DNA of 64,000 bases from an uncultured Bacteroidales bacterium (GTDB lineage Bacteria; Bacteroidota; Bacteroidia; Bacteroidales; VadinHA17): positions 165,956 to 229,955 of the forward strand of contig CAVRZV010000011.1 of assembly GCA_963725785.1 (NCBI GenBank), written 5' to 3'. Under the pieces are notes generated by a model. The model saw nothing but the letters and a program-made list of their open reading frames with translations, did no database searches and was not told the DNA's origin. Of the stretch, positions 9,843 to 22,064 are shown piece by piece. Both the position numbers and the translations under genes were made by a program. How positions within the stretch are numbered: the stretch's first letter is position 1; every line of letters starts with the position of its first letter.

Positions 9843-10508
9843 ATGGATGTAAAGATCGGAGAATCCTGGAAGTCGAAACTTCATGGCGAATTTGAAAAAG
9901 AATACTTCATTAAACTTGCAGAATTTATAAAAGAAGAATATAGAATCAGTACAATTTATCCTCCGGGTAGTCTGATTTTTAATGCATTCAATCTTTGTCC
10001 CTTCCAAAATGTCAAAGCTGTTATTATCGGACAAGATCCTTATCACGGCCCCGGGCAGGCACATGGATTATGTTTTTCAGTGAGAGAGGGAGTCGGATTT
10101 CCTCCAAGTCTTGTAAATATTTTTAAAGAGATTAAATCCGATCTCGGTCATGAAAAGCCTGAAAGCGGGAATCTTGAAAGATGGGCTGCACAGGGTGTAT
10201 TGCTGCTGAATGCTACACTTACTGTAAGGGCACATCAGGCCGGGTCGCATCAGAAAAAAGGCTGGGAACAGTTTACTGATAGTGTTATAAGCATACTGAA
10301 CAATGAAAAGAAACATTTAGTCTTCTTCCTGTGGGGAGCATATGCTCAGAAAAAGGGTGAGTCAATTGACAGATCAAAACATCTTGTTTTAGAATCTGTT
10401 CACCCCTCTCCTCTTTCTGCTTCCAGAGGATTCTTTGGGAATAAACATTTCAGCAGATGCAATGAGTATCTTGTAGAACATGATGTTGAACCAATAGACT
10501 GGAAATAA
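9843..10508 (+). CDS. ung: Uracil-DNA glycosylase, family 1
   Basis: GQDPYHGPGQAHGL, PPSLVNI, GVLLLNA, HPSPLSA motifs. Confidence 0.97.
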   Translation: MDVKIGESWKSKLHGEFEKEYFIKLAEFIKEEYRISTIYPPGSLIFNAFNLCPFQNVKAVIIGQDPYHGPGQAHGLCFSVREGVGFPPSLVNIFKEIKSDLGHEKPESGNLERWAAQGVLLLNATLTVRAHQAGSHQKKGWEQFTDSVISILNNEKKHLVFFLWGAYAQKKGESIDRSKHLVLESVHPSPLSASRGFFGNKHFSRCNEYLVEHDVEPIDWK

Positions 10509-10510
10509 AC

Positions 10511-10603
10511 TGAGGCTAAGGCTGAGGCCGAGGTTGAGGTTGAGGTTGAGAATTGTCTTCTTCTAAGCCTTAGCCTTAGCCTCAACCTTAGCTTAGCTCA
10601 ACC
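10511..10603. repeat. Imperfect palindrome built from hexamer units (TGAGGY / RCCTYA) between convergent genes
   Basis: Left arm tgaggctaaggctgaggccgaggttgaggttgaggttgag, right arm aagccttagccttagcctcaaccttagcttagctcaacctta. The right arm overlaps the last codons of the PLP gene. Confidence 0.7.
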
Positions 10604-11778
10604 TTAGCCAGGGCTCCTGAAATCGTCCCTTCAAGTTCCCCATAATCTTCAAATCCCACCGACAACCTGATCATACCTGGTTCCGGATATTTTGTTCCCC
10701 AAACCGCTTCGACAGGCATCAGAATGGTATGCGGATCACCAAGTGTTGGTATCAGCTTTATTTTTTCTGAAACCAGTTCTATGAATTTATCTCTTCTGAT
10801 CTTCTTGTCGTTATTATCTTTCCCGTCAAAATCAAAGGTTATCATAGCACCAAACCCTCTGCCTTTGAAAATCTTGTCAGCAATATTATGTGTAGCATGG
10901 TTTTTTAATCCCGGAAACCAGACTGTTCCAATCAATGGTGATTTTTCAAGATATTCGGCCAGTTTTGATGCATTCTCACACTGACGAGAAAATCTTAGTT
11001 CAAATGATTGCATTTGTGTCTGCAATCTGTACGCATCATCAGGAGAAAGCATGTGCCCGACAAATTTTCTGTATTCTATTGCGGATCGCATAATTTTATC
11101 ATCATTTCCGCAAATCACACCGGCAGTAAGGTTTCCATGACCGGAAAAATACTTTGTAGCACTGTGAATTACTATATCTACACCTTCATTTAGCGGTTTA
11201 TAAAGCCATGGTGTCGCAAATGTATTGTCAATAATAACTTTTGCACCATATTTCTTTGCAATTCCAGCTATGTCTGATACATCTGCAACTATCAGCATCG
11301 GATTTGAAATCGATTCAATATAAACTAACTCAGGATTCAAACCTGCAATCACTTTTTCCAATTCATGAAGATTATAATTTCCATCTTCAGGAGTGAAATA
11401 ATGAATATCAAGTCCTCTTCGCGATTTCAAAACTGATTCAATATATGAGATCGTACCACCATAAATTTCAGTAAAGAATAACCATGGTTTGGTTCCCTTT
11501 CCATGTTGAAAAACTGAAAGTGCCGTATCAATAGCAGACATTCCTGATTGAGTAAGCAGAGCCCATTTGCAGCCTTCAAGTTTCATAATCTCCTCTTCCG
11601 CAGATACAACAGTCGGATTACGATAACGCGAATAAATATAGTTATCAGGTTCTCTGCTGTGTTCAGTCTCTTTTTTGAAAGCTTCAGCTGTTGTTGCAGC
11701 ATCATAAAGTTCAAAACCGGCATCTCTGTAAACCGGAATACGGGAACTGTTAACCTCTCTTTTTTTCATCTCTTTCAA
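10588..11778 (-). CDS. PLP-dependent Cys/Met metabolism (transsulfuration) family enzyme
   Basis: YSRYRNP, SGMSAI, ESISNPML, IDNTFATP, HSATKYFSGH (PLP lysine), IRLSVGFED. Confidence 0.88.
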   Translation of the reverse strand: MKEMKKREVNSSRIPVYRDAGFELYDAATTAEAFKKETEHSREPDNYIYSRYRNPTVVSAEEEIMKLEGCKWALLTQSGMSAIDTALSVFQHGKGTKPWLFFTEIYGGTISYIESVLKSRRGLDIHYFTPEDGNYNLHELEKVIAGLNPELVYIESISNPMLIVADVSDIAGIAKKYGAKVIIDNTFATPWLYKPLNEGVDIVIHSATKYFSGHGNLTAGVICGNDDKIMRSAIEYRKFVGHMLSPDDAYRLQTQMQSFELRFSRQCENASKLAEYLEKSPLIGTVWFPGLKNHATHNIADKIFKGRGFGAMITFDFDGKDNNDKKIRRDKFIELVSEKIKLIPTLGDPHTILMPVEAVWGTKYPEPGMIRLSVGFEDYGELEGTISGALAKVELS

Positions 11779-13066
11779 TATTTAATTGTCTGTCGATCAT
11801 AGTATTAATGTTTACCGGATTAAAATCGATATAAAATAACATCCGGTCAAAAAATTCTCCGGTTAAAAATATGGAAATTGTAATAATATCAGTGATTGGG
11901 TTATGCGAAATCAGCCTGAGCCCGGTAACAATCAGGAAAGCCATCCGGAGGAACCTGATTTCAAAATTTGAACTCTTTCTTTTAAGAATCAGATTATGAA
12001 GTGAGGTTCCTAATTTAACTATTGCTATAAAGATAAACGGCAGAATAATTCCTGAAAAAAAAGAAGCAATCAGAATCGCACTCAAAAAAGTCTGACCGCT
12101 ATGCAGTGTAACTGATTTCCTCTTGTCGGCAAAAATGTATACACTATCAATTGCAATGAGCAGACACAAACCTGCTACCGAGGTCGCAATAAGTAGACCT
12201 GGCAGTTGAAAAATAAGTGTAATAGTGCAAAGTGCCAAATAGATAATAAAGAATACTATCTCGCGGCTCAAAGGGGAGTAACTGAAATTTACAACTGCCC
12301 GCAACGATCTGGCCGGTTTGCCAAGGTGAAAGAATGATATCAATGCTGATAGAGAGTTTACCAGTAAAAAAACTGTTCTTTCCGGGTATACACCCATTAT
12401 AAAAGAGGAGATTACAATTGCCACTGACAATGTGGATAAAAAGCTGAATAGAATCAGGCTCAATTCACCTGAAATGCTTTTTCCGGGTACGACAGACCTG
12501 GCAATTTCAGTTTTATTAATATTCTCCGGAATTATTCTTAAAGGATTAGAGCTCTGTCCGGACAAAAATTCAATCGCAGGATTAAGGTTCTTATTTGGAA
12601 ACCACGGATAGGATGCTTCTGAATCAGAGCGCGAAAGTTGTCCAAACTTCAGAGCGCCTGTAGGACATGAAGATGAACATGCCGGCGGCTGACCAGCTTT
12701 TAATCTATTATAACACAGATTACATTTTGTTATTATTTTTTTTTCACGATCGTATTTTGGGGCATCATATGGACAGTTCCACTGACAATATCTGCATCCA
12801 ATACACTTATTCTCATCAAGTACTATAGCTCCTGTAATCAAGTCACGTTTATATGCGGAAGAAGGACAACCATCCATACAAACCGCTGATTCACAATGAT
12901 TACAGGCTAACGTAATATTGATCAGAACTAATGAGGATTCAGCTTCGGAATTATAAGTATAGATGGTTCTTGGACTTACAGCCCAGCCGTTTTCAAGAAT
13001 ACAGGCTGCACTGCAGGCTTTACAGCTCACACATTTATTATGATCAAAAATAAATCCTTCGCGCAT
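11750..13066 (-). CDS. Fusion of a DmsB-like 4Fe-4S ferredoxin and a DmsC-like membrane anchor
   Basis: Four Cys clusters (CVSCKACSAAC, CNHCESAVCMDGCP, CIGCRYCQWNCP, CNLC...CSSSCP), then multiple TM helices with FFHLGKP...SPLSREI (DmsC-like). Confidence 0.85.
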   Translation of the reverse strand: MREGFIFDHNKCVSCKACSAACILENGWAVSPRTIYTYNSEAESSLVLINITLACNHCESAVCMDGCPSSAYKRDLITGAIVLDENKCIGCRYCQWNCPYDAPKYDREKKIITKCNLCYNRLKAGQPPACSSSCPTGALKFGQLSRSDSEASYPWFPNKNLNPAIEFLSGQSSNPLRIIPENINKTEIARSVVPGKSISGELSLILFSFLSTLSVAIVISSFIMGVYPERTVFLLVNSLSALISFFHLGKPARSLRAVVNFSYSPLSREIVFFIIYLALCTITLIFQLPGLLIATSVAGLCLLIAIDSVYIFADKRKSVTLHSGQTFLSAILIASFFSGIILPFIFIAIVKLGTSLHNLILKRKSSNFEIRFLRMAFLIVTGLRLISHNPITDIITISIFLTGEFFDRMLFYIDFNPVNINTMIDRQLNIERDEKKRG

Positions 13067-15101
13067 TATTCATCAAATCTAATAACCTCAACCCTGTTAT
13101 CGTGAAATGCTGCACCAAATCCAATGTCAGTTTCAGTTTCTGCAATAAGATGATTTCCTCCTCCACCTTCATTGAACCATAACCCATTCGGAAGAACAAC
13201 CAGTCCGGGAGCAATCCTGTTCGATATATTTACTTTACTTATTATTGCCCCGGTTTTGTTGAATACTTTTACTTTCTGACCAGTAGTTATATTTCGTTCC
13301 CTGGCATCCTCAGGAGATATTCCCACTGCCGGTTCAACACTTGTCTCCCTGATTATTCCCAGATTGCCAAACTGGGAGTGGATTCTGCTACCTGTATTCG
13401 GAGTGATAAATACCAAACGGAACATTTCCTTATCAGGAGCATAACCAACCGGTGTAAAATCAGGCAACGGCGAAATGCCCCATTTCTCCTCAGCTTCATT
13501 TGAATATAGTTCAATTTTGCCTGAGGGCGTTTCAAATTTCAGATCCTCAAAGGCAATCATCTGAAGTCCGGGAGCAAGTACAGGGCCAGCTTTAAGTTCG
13601 CCAAGAGTAAGCTCAGAATAGCCTTTGATCCTTTTTTCCAGCCATTTCTCGATATTTAAGTTGCCGGGTTCAGGTACTAAATCATAGCTGATATTCAGAT
13701 CCAACCTTTTACCGATATGGTAATAGATTTCACTCTCAGGAAGAACATCGCCAGGAGATCGGATCACTTTTGGTTTGAATTGTATGTATGGAGACCAGTA
13801 TGATCCGATTATATCAGACTGCTCAAACATATCTTTCGCCGGAAGAATAATATCCGCCAGTGCTGCAGTATCTGTCATGAATTGTTCAACGACGACTTTA
13901 AACTCAAGTGCAGAAAACGCTTTCTTAACACTATTTGTATCAGGCGATTGTAATACCGGATTGCCTCTTTCAATCCAGACCGCTTTCAGCTCAGGATTGA
14001 CCATATTTGACATATCCGACCCAAGTCTCGCCATGGATACTGACTTACGGAAGGGTATATCATGTTCATTATCCGGATAATATGATAACGGTTCTTTGAT
14101 ATCATCAAAAATATAGCTCTGCAGGTTGGCATAATTAAATCCTGAACCGGGTTTTCCGATATTTCCTGTCAGAACTGATAACAAAAGTATGGATCTGATT
14201 GTTTGCCCACCGTTCCAGTGTCGTTGCAAACCATAACCCGGGAGTATTGTTAAGGGCCCTTACTTCCTATTATACCGGCAAGTTCGATTATGTTTTCAGA
14301 AGGAATACCTGTAATTAATTCAGCATCATCCGGTGAAATATGTAATGATTTCTGAATTCATCAAATCCTTTTACATAATTTCTGATGAATTCATGATCAA
14401 TCATATCTTTGTTAATAAGTACGGAAGCAATAGCCAGAGCAAGCGCTCCATCTGTTCCAGGTTTAGGACTGAATAGAATATCAGCTTTATCAGCTGTTGG
14501 AGTTCGCAAGGGATCAATGACTATTACCGGCAACCTTTTTCTTTGGCTCAGGCAATAAATGCAATCTCCTGTATATTTGTTTCTGCCGGATTTTTGCCCC
14601 ATATAATTATTGTTTTAGCGTTTTCAAGATCCCAGGGAACATTATGCTTCACTGATCCCAGGGTCAGTCTCACAGCTTCAAGTCCTGCCGGCCAGCAAAG
14701 ATTTCCATAGGTTGTTGTTGCCCCACCGAATGCTTTCCAGAATGAATATCCGATTTCATTGGTAAGTCCTGACATTCCGCTTCCCTTGTACCAGAGATAT
14801 ACTGTGTGGACCATATTTTTCTCTTATTGTCCCAAGTCTGTTGCTTATAATATCCAGAGCCTCATCATTATGTAGATTTGCTTAAAATTTCCGATTTGAG
14901 GTTCTGATCAGAGGATAAATTATTCGGTCCGGGGAGTTGTGTTCTTTCGAGGTAAGATAACCTTTTATGCAGGGTCCTTCAGGGAGTTGCCAGATTTCCT
15001 GAATATGGAAGAATCCTCCTGATTTTATTATTTTCAACCTGAACCCTGAAAGAACATGTACTATAGCAGTTTCTGGGGCAAGCAGTTATGAATTCTTCCA
15101 T
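13066..15101 (-). CDS. Molybdopterin (DMSO reductase superfamily) oxidoreductase catalytic subunit, broken by several indels
   Basis: ATG at 15101 gives MEEFITACPRNCYSTC...GPCIKG (FeS motif). Fragments TYGNLCWPAG, IIIWGKNPAETN, VIDPLRTPTA, PKPGTDGALAL, ADIILPA and HSQFGN follow in shifting frames. No twin-arginine signal. Confidence 0.82.
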
Positions 15102-15149
15102 TTTCCCTTTTTCCCGCAGGTCACACTATGTGGCAGGAAACTTCTTTAC

Positions 15150-15569
15150 TTATTTTAAAACCAATGCTTCTTCACGAATAACATTACTAATAGTTAGTTC
15201 CCTATTGTTTAGATTTGAAATATATACTTCAAAAGTAATCCTGTCCTGTCCGATATATTGCATATAAGTATAATCTACAGATCCGGTAGAAAACTTAACC
15301 AGCGAGCCACCGGTATTTATCTTTGCAGAGATTTCTGCTTTCTGGTATGCTTTTTTGAAACGGAAATAGTCAGATATGGAGGCTTTTGCAACAGTTCCAA
15401 GAGTATCAATATCTTTTGGGTTTTCAGAAGTCCTGACTATAACCTCTTCAAAAGTGAGATCGGATATATTTCTGATTCTTACATCTGTCGGCCCTTCAGG
15501 GGAGAATTCTTTCTTTTTACAGGCAAGTAATGAGAGCAATATCAGAATAACAGTAACTAGCTTTTTCAT
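15150..15569 (-). CDS. Hypothetical lipoprotein
   Basis: MKKLVTVILILLSLLAC lipobox followed by KKKE; 139 aa. Confidence 0.7.
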   Translation of the reverse strand: MKKLVTVILILLSLLACKKKEFSPEGPTDVRIRNISDLTFEEVIVRTSENPKDIDTLGTVAKASISDYFRFKKAYQKAEISAKINTGGSLVKFSTGSVDYTYMQYIGQDRITFEVYISNLNNRELTISNVIREEALVLK

Positions 15570-15639
15570 GATCAGGAAGTAATATTAATGTATTAATTCT
15601 GACCAGAAATATAGCAAAATAGTTGCAATAGGATTATAT

Positions 15640-16403
15640 TTAAATGAGACTATTTAATGGGACCCAGCCTTTATTTCCATCTGACAGCCTGATCTCAAAC
15701 CACTCTCCCACTTCATCTTCAACAGTTACCTTTGTACCCTCATGCAATACAAAAAGATCAGTTCCGCTCTTATCCGGTGAACTTTTCCCGCTTACCAAAG
15801 GACTGGAGATTATTGCTTTATGACTATCGTATACCAAAGATTTATTTCTTTGTGCAAATGCAGAGGAAGAAAGTGAAAGGACAATGAAAAAGATTCCTAA
15901 CCAGAATCCGTACACCTTATTGCGATATCTTGATGAATATATATACAGATGACAAAAACAACAGAAAAAGAATAAAAGAGGTCATACTTATTTTTGCCCA
16001 GCTGTTTGTGGAAAAAAAAAGCGAAATGAAATTGTACCATTTTATAAAAAAGAGTTCGGGAATTTCCTGAAAACGGTCAACGATCAGGGTTCTTGCAATC
16101 TGAAGATTATAATTGATATCTTCATCAGCAGGCTTTAGAAGGTAAGCACGTTCGTAGAACAGAATTGCTGAAGGAATATTATTTAGTTTAAAATATGCAT
16201 TACCTATGTTATAATCCAGATTTGCCGACCTGTATCCGGTGTTATATATTTCCGTCCAGACCTGCAATGCCTCTTTATAACTGCCGGCAGTAAAATATGT
16301 TACTCCCTGATAGAATTTGTCCTTATTTGATACTTGTGAAAAAGTTACATTAACTGTGAAAAGATAAAAGCAGGAAAAAAATATATTGTTTTTTCATGTT
16401 CAT
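15640..16403 (-). CDS. batE: BatE-like TPR + SH3 protein, frameshifted
   Basis: Fragments YNIGNAYFK...AILFYERA...DINYNL and LHEGTKVTV...WFEIRLSDGNKGWV; last gene of the bat series. Confidence 0.75.
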
Positions 16404-16406
16404 TTT

Positions 16407-18222
16407 TTAGCCTATTAAGTTTTCAACTGACTTAATAAATTGTGATGTACCTTCATAAATAGACTCAGCCTCCGTACCTGAAGATGATGGAGCAAATCGT
16501 GCAAATTCACAGGTATCAAGGATTTTAGACAGCTTATCTATATTATCTTCGTCTATGCCTTGTTCCTTAAGAGCTGCGATGGCATTGGTTCTGGTAAGAT
16601 CCGAAACAGGAATATTCAGCTTGTCGCTCAGATATCCCCAGATTGCTTTTAGAATTTCATCATAAAACTGATCGATTTCATCATTTTTAAGGCAAAGCGA
16701 GGCTTGATGCAACCTTTTTATTGCAACCTTTCCTGCTTTCCTGTTCTTTACCATTGAAAGGTCAGAATTGCGTCTGATATGCTCTCTTCTAAGAAACAGG
16801 ACCAGAAGAAATGCAAGAAGTGAAAATGCATACAGACTATAGAATGATTGCTTTGATAATATTACATTGCCCGATTTTTTGAGGTTTCCCGGATCAGATT
16901 TAATAAACCTTATATCTTTCCCGAGATATTTGACATCTTCTTTTGATACTCCGCCATATACTGTGGTTCCCGTGTTCTGGTCATTCACCTTACGTGCGTT
17001 AAAATGAAACTCCTCGGTAGTGAGTTTTTCGTATCTTCCAGAGGCAATATTGAAATATGAATAGGAAACAGATGGAATTGTAAAATCTCCATAATGTCTT
17101 GGAATCATCATATATTCAAAACTTTTTTGTCCTGTTGTTCCGTTTATTCCATTCTTCAGATCATCGGATATTTTCGGATCATAAACCTCTATATCAGGTG
17201 ACAATTTAAGTATTGGAGCTGATGCAATTTTCAGATTACCGTTCCCCGATATGGTTACTTTAAAATTTACAGCATCATTTACATTTACAGATTCTTTGCT
17301 AAGGGTTGCTTTGATATCAAGTTTTCCAACCACACCTGAAAAGTCAGCAGGTTTAACTCCCGGCAGCGGCTTAACTTTTATCTTCACTAATTTGCTTGCA
17401 ACAGCCTTTGGTATAGTCTGATATGAAGGGAAAAAATCTCCGAAGAAAGGATCAGACTGTGAACGGGTTTTTTGCTGAATAAGAACAGATATCTGAACAG
17501 GGTCGATTGTAATTTCACCGGTTACCTGGGGATATAAGAGAAACTGCTGGACTACTCCCGATCCATAGATAGTACCATTTACATTTTCCTGCCTTAGTGA
17601 TGTGAGAGGAGGTGTTTCTATATCCGACTTCAGGAAGCTGTTAAATGAGGGGTACTTGATTTCATTTATACCGGCAATATTTACACGTGAATATATTTTT
17701 ACAGTCGCTACTATAGGTTCACCAAGATATATCTCTTTCCGGTTTACTGAAAGATTAATGAAAAGATCATTCCCGGCAGATTCCACTGGTCCATCATCAA
17801 CTGAGTTATTGCCTCCTGATGTTACATTCTGTTTTTGAGATGAACTTCCAACAACTTCAATGTGCATTGAATCGGAGGAGTACGTTTTATTCTTCAGAGT
17901 AAATGTAGCCGGTGGAATAACATATTTTCCCTCCTTAACTGCCTGAAGATAATAAACATAGGAATAGGAAGTCTCATTTGACATTTTTCCGTTTATAATT
18001 TGGGTGTTTGAACTGTAGGATGTTTGCGGACCCATAAAGTTTATAGAATCCATTAAATGATGGAGCTGAAAACTCTCCTCCTCCTGCATTTACAGTCCAC
18101 ATCACAGTGAACTGGTCTCCGCTGTTCACAACAGCAGGATATTCAGCTTTTACATATACATCCTGTCCTGAAACTGAGTATGAAAATATAAAGATCAACA
18201 GATATAATAATGCCTTTTTCAT
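16407..18222 (-). CDS. batD: BatD family protein, frameshifted near 18060
   Basis: Signal peptide, repeated beta-rich domains, FSGVVGK, VNFKVTISGNGN, C-terminal TM and CEFARFAP; bat operon context. Confidence 0.82.
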
Positions 18223-18238
18223 TTTTATCCTTTACAGA

Positions 18239-18965
18239 TTACCAGTTTTTCACTGTTCTGACTTTAGTTTCGATGCTTTTGCAAGTTTAACTTTTTCCTG
18301 GACATTTTTTTCATCATTGGCCAGTGAATTTAGTAGTCTTTGAGCATCTTCTTTAGAAATTTCCTGCTTCTGGGGCTGCTGTTGTTGTTTCTGATCCTGA
18401 TTATCCTTCTGATCCTTTTGCTGATCTTTGTTTTTATCCTTCTGATCTTTCGGATCCTTTTTCTGGTTATCCTTTTTATTGTCCTTGTTCTGATCCTGTT
18501 TATCCTTATCCGTTGCTGCTGCTTTTGTTGCTCCTGCTGTTGTTTCAACAAGATCCTGTGCATACGACAGATTATATTTTGCTTCCTTGTTATCGGGCCG
18601 GAGCTTAAGTGAGTTTTTATATGCTTCAATACTTTCTTGCAGTTTATTTGCCTTTAGTAAAGAGTTTCCAAGATTATATAATCCTGCTGACTTCTTTACC
18701 TTGTCATCATTCCATTTGTACTTTCAGTAAATTGTTTACCGGCTTCTTCAAATTTATTCTGTTTATAAAGTGCATCTCCAACATTAAAAACTGCATCGGC
18801 TGATTGTTTATTATTATCAATGGCTTTTCTGTATGATATTTCAGATTCTGAATATTTGCTCTTTTCATACTCCCTGTTGCCCTTCCTGATAAATTTCTTA
18901 TCGTTCTGTGCATTCAGAGCGGAAAAAATAATAAGCATTATACTTATTAATAAGCATCTGACCAT
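18239..18965 (-). CDS. batC: BatC-like TPR protein with Q/D/K-rich linker, frameshifted
   Basis: KKFIRKGNREY...YRKAI...FNVGDALYKQ, low-complexity CAG/GAT/AAG region, ends ...KNW*. Confidence 0.75.
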
Positions 18966-19019
18966 TGATTTGTTTTCCTATATTTGAATCACTCCTGACA
19001 TCACAACTATCACGATAGA

Positions 19020-20062
19020 TTAAACTTTAAATTTAAATAACCTGATGTTTGCCAGTCTCCTGTTTTTCCTTTCCATAATAATAAAATCGACTAACAGCAG
19101 AAATAGGGCAATTGCCGCAAATATCTGGAACTGATCGTTGTACTCAGTATACATTGTACTTTCAAGATCCTGCTTTTTCATTTTTTTAATCTCGCTAAAG
19201 ATCTCATCCAGACCTATATTTGAATTGCTTGCTCTTACATAATTTCCATTTGTGCTTAAAGCAATTTTCTTAAGGATATCTTCATCGAGCTTTGTAACAA
19301 CTGTATTGCCATCTTCATCTTTCAGATAATCCTTTCTGCCATTAATTACCACCGGTATCGGAACTCCTTCTGTGGATCCTATGCCTATTGTATGTATAAC
19401 TATACCCGTCCTTTGAAGCTTCTTCAGCATCCTTAACAGGATCATCTTCATGGTTTTCTCCATCGGTAATTATTATCATTGCTTTGCTTTTTCCTTCTCC
19501 CGGACTAAATGATCTTACACCAAGATTTATTGCAGCTCCGATTGCAGTTCCCTGCTTTGGTACCATATTCGGATTTATTGCAGAAAGAAACATTTTTGCA
19601 GAGATATAATCTGTAGTTATGGGAATTTGAATATATGCATCACCTGCAAAAACAATTAATCCTATTTTGTCATTATCGAGGTTATCAACCAGCCGTGAAA
19701 TTGCCTGTTTTGCCCTTGTAAGTCTGTCGGGCTGAATATCTTCTGCAAGCATCGAATTACTTACATCAAGGGCAATTATTACTTCCACACCCTGCTTTTT
19801 GACATCTTCAATTTTAGAACCAAACTGTGGTCGTGCAAGCATTATTATACCTGCTGCCAAAAGCAATTAACTGCAGGATGAATTTTATCAGAGTACGGAT
19901 TCCTGACATTTCAGGTATCAGTCCGTTGACCAGGTTTGTATCACCTAATCGCTTTAAGGCTTTCTTTTTTCTTATCTCATTAATAATAAATAAAAGAATC
20001 ATAACCGGAAGCAGAAGCAACAGGTACAGAAAGTCGGGATTTGCAAATCTGAACAATTGCAT
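19020..20062 (-). CDS. batB: BatB VWA domain protein, frameshifted
   Basis: LARPQFG, IIALDVSNSMLAED, GLIVFAGDAY, IIITDGENH, IGIGSTEG. Confidence 0.85.
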
Positions 20063-20076
20063 TTTCACTATTACAT

Positions 20077-21071
20077 TTAAGTAAGGTTCTTGAATATTGT
20101 ATTTCTGGCAATTATTTCAACTACCAGCAGATAAAAGGCTAATAAGTGCCGGTATAAGATATTTCTCTTCCTTTCTGCTGAATTGTCTGACATCAATTTT
20201 TGATTTCTCAAGCTTATCAATTTCTTTATAAACCTGTAAAAGTTTATCATTATCAGTTGCCCTGAAATATTTACCACCGGTCATCTGAGCAATTTCCTGA
20301 AGTATTCCTTCATCAATTTCCACAGGCATATCCTGATATTGAATACCATAGGGTGTCTGAACAGGATATGGTGCCATTCCCTGAGTGCCGACACCTATTG
20401 TATAAACCCTTATGCCAAAAGTTTTTGCAATACCTGCAGCAGTTGCAGGAGCAATTTCGCCCCTGTTATTGACACCATCTGTAAGAAGAATAATAACTTT
20501 GCTTTTTGCTTTTGAGTCTTTATCCTGTTGACTGCTGTCGCAAGTCCCATTCCGATTGCAGTCCCATCTTCAATCATTCCGCTCTGGATTTCACGCAGAA
20601 GATTTATCAGAACTGCATGATCGGTGGTTAGTGGACACTGTGTAAAAGATTCACCGCTGAATACAACAAGACCAATCCTGTCATAAGGTCTTCCCGAAAT
20701 AAATTCAGTGGCAATATTTTTTGCGGCCTCACAGCCTGTCGGGTCTGAAATCACGGGCAAGCATACTTCCCGAAATATCCTGGGCAAGCACAATATCTAT
20801 TCCTTCGGTGGATACATCCTGAAATTTATCAGTTTTCTGCGGACGGGCAAGTACAATAATCAGCAGAGCTAATGCAGTCATCCGGAGCGCAAAAAGAATA
20901 TGTCGGAGATAGTGCCTGAATGTAGTTCCTGTATGTGGCAAATGGCTGTAATCCCGGCATTCTGACAGATGCGGTAACCTTCTGCTGTTTCAGGATATAA
21001 AATGCAATCATAGCAGGAATTACTAAAAGCAGATACAGAAAAAGTGGTTCGGCAAATTTTATCCCTTTCAT
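20077..21071 (-). CDS. batA: BatA VWA domain protein, frameshifted
   Basis: FAEPLFLYLL, LARPQ, DISGSMLARDFRPDRL, DRIGLVVFSGESFTQCPLTTD, GTAIGMGLATA, GGKYFRATD. Confidence 0.85.
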
Positions 21072-21075
21072 ACAC

Positions 21076-22059
21076 CTACCCTCCTTCCCACTTATTTTTC
21101 TGTCGACTGATTCTGCAACCTGATTTCATTCTCTTTTGTTGCATGAACAAAATTCCATGGAGTTCTGAAAATGTGATTCATTTTCTGTGGCATGCAGGGT
21201 TATACTTTGGCAAATTTTACCAGATCGGCACCGGTCAGAACAGTTTTAAGATCATCGTATGATCCATTCTTTTTAAAACCTGTTTTTACAAGTGCATCAA
21301 GTGTCTCAGCAGTGGTTAATTCAAGAGAGTACACTCTGAACCTGTTTTCCAGATACTGACGTAATATTTCGGTCAGCCTTGTATAGTATTTTTTGATTTC
21401 ACCTTTTTGCCAGAGTTCTTCACTTTTAAGATTTTCGAGTTCCCGGAAAGCAATAACATGAGCCGGATCAGAAGGAATGAATACATTCGTTCAGCGTTTT
21501 CGGATTTTTTATGTTTTCGCATATATCTTATAGCTGCCCAGGTCAAGATGCCCGCTAATAGCAGCGATAAGAAACCAGGGAAGCACCTCTCCGATAGTTA
21601 TAGGTGAGCTATAGGGCTCAATTATATCAAATATTTTTGCTGTGGTATCAGCCGGAGCAATTTTAACTCTCATGACTTCGAGCATGGAATAATCAGAATA
21701 AAATCTTTTAAGTCCACCTGCATTTTTAGCCTCTGCAAAAACAGGCTTAACCTGATAACGTCCTGAATCAAATGATGTTATAAGATATTTTTGTATAATC
21801 TTAATCCTTCCGTTCTGGCTTGCAATGCTGTCGATCTTTGGTCCTGATATAATTTCAATATTTTTACATAGAGTATCTTTAAAGACAGGAAGCGTTAAGC
21901 TTAAGGTCGGATGGCTTATCAACTGTAACCGTATATTTTATCTGATCACCGATATAATATTTTCGTGGAATCAAATGATGAGGTAATTTTTACCTCCTGC
22001 CCGATTGATGAAGAAACAATTGAAATAAACAGAAATATCGAAAATATGAACTTCTTCAT
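21076..22059 (-). CDS. Conserved bat-operon membrane protein, frameshifted
   Basis: ATG at 22059 with a signal-like start; fragment ITSFDSGRY...IFDI..P..IGEVLPW followed by a TM segment; lies between DUF58 and batA. Confidence 0.6.
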
Positions 22060-22064
22060 AGACA

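Noticed and set aside
10400-10585. ORF MRLRLRLRRRQFSTSTSTSASALAS
   Set aside because: Translation of the hexamer palindrome plus the antisense of ung.
18340-18612. Hydrophobic plus-strand ORF (LLLFLILII...)
   Set aside because: Antisense reading of the Q/D/K-rich linker of BatC.
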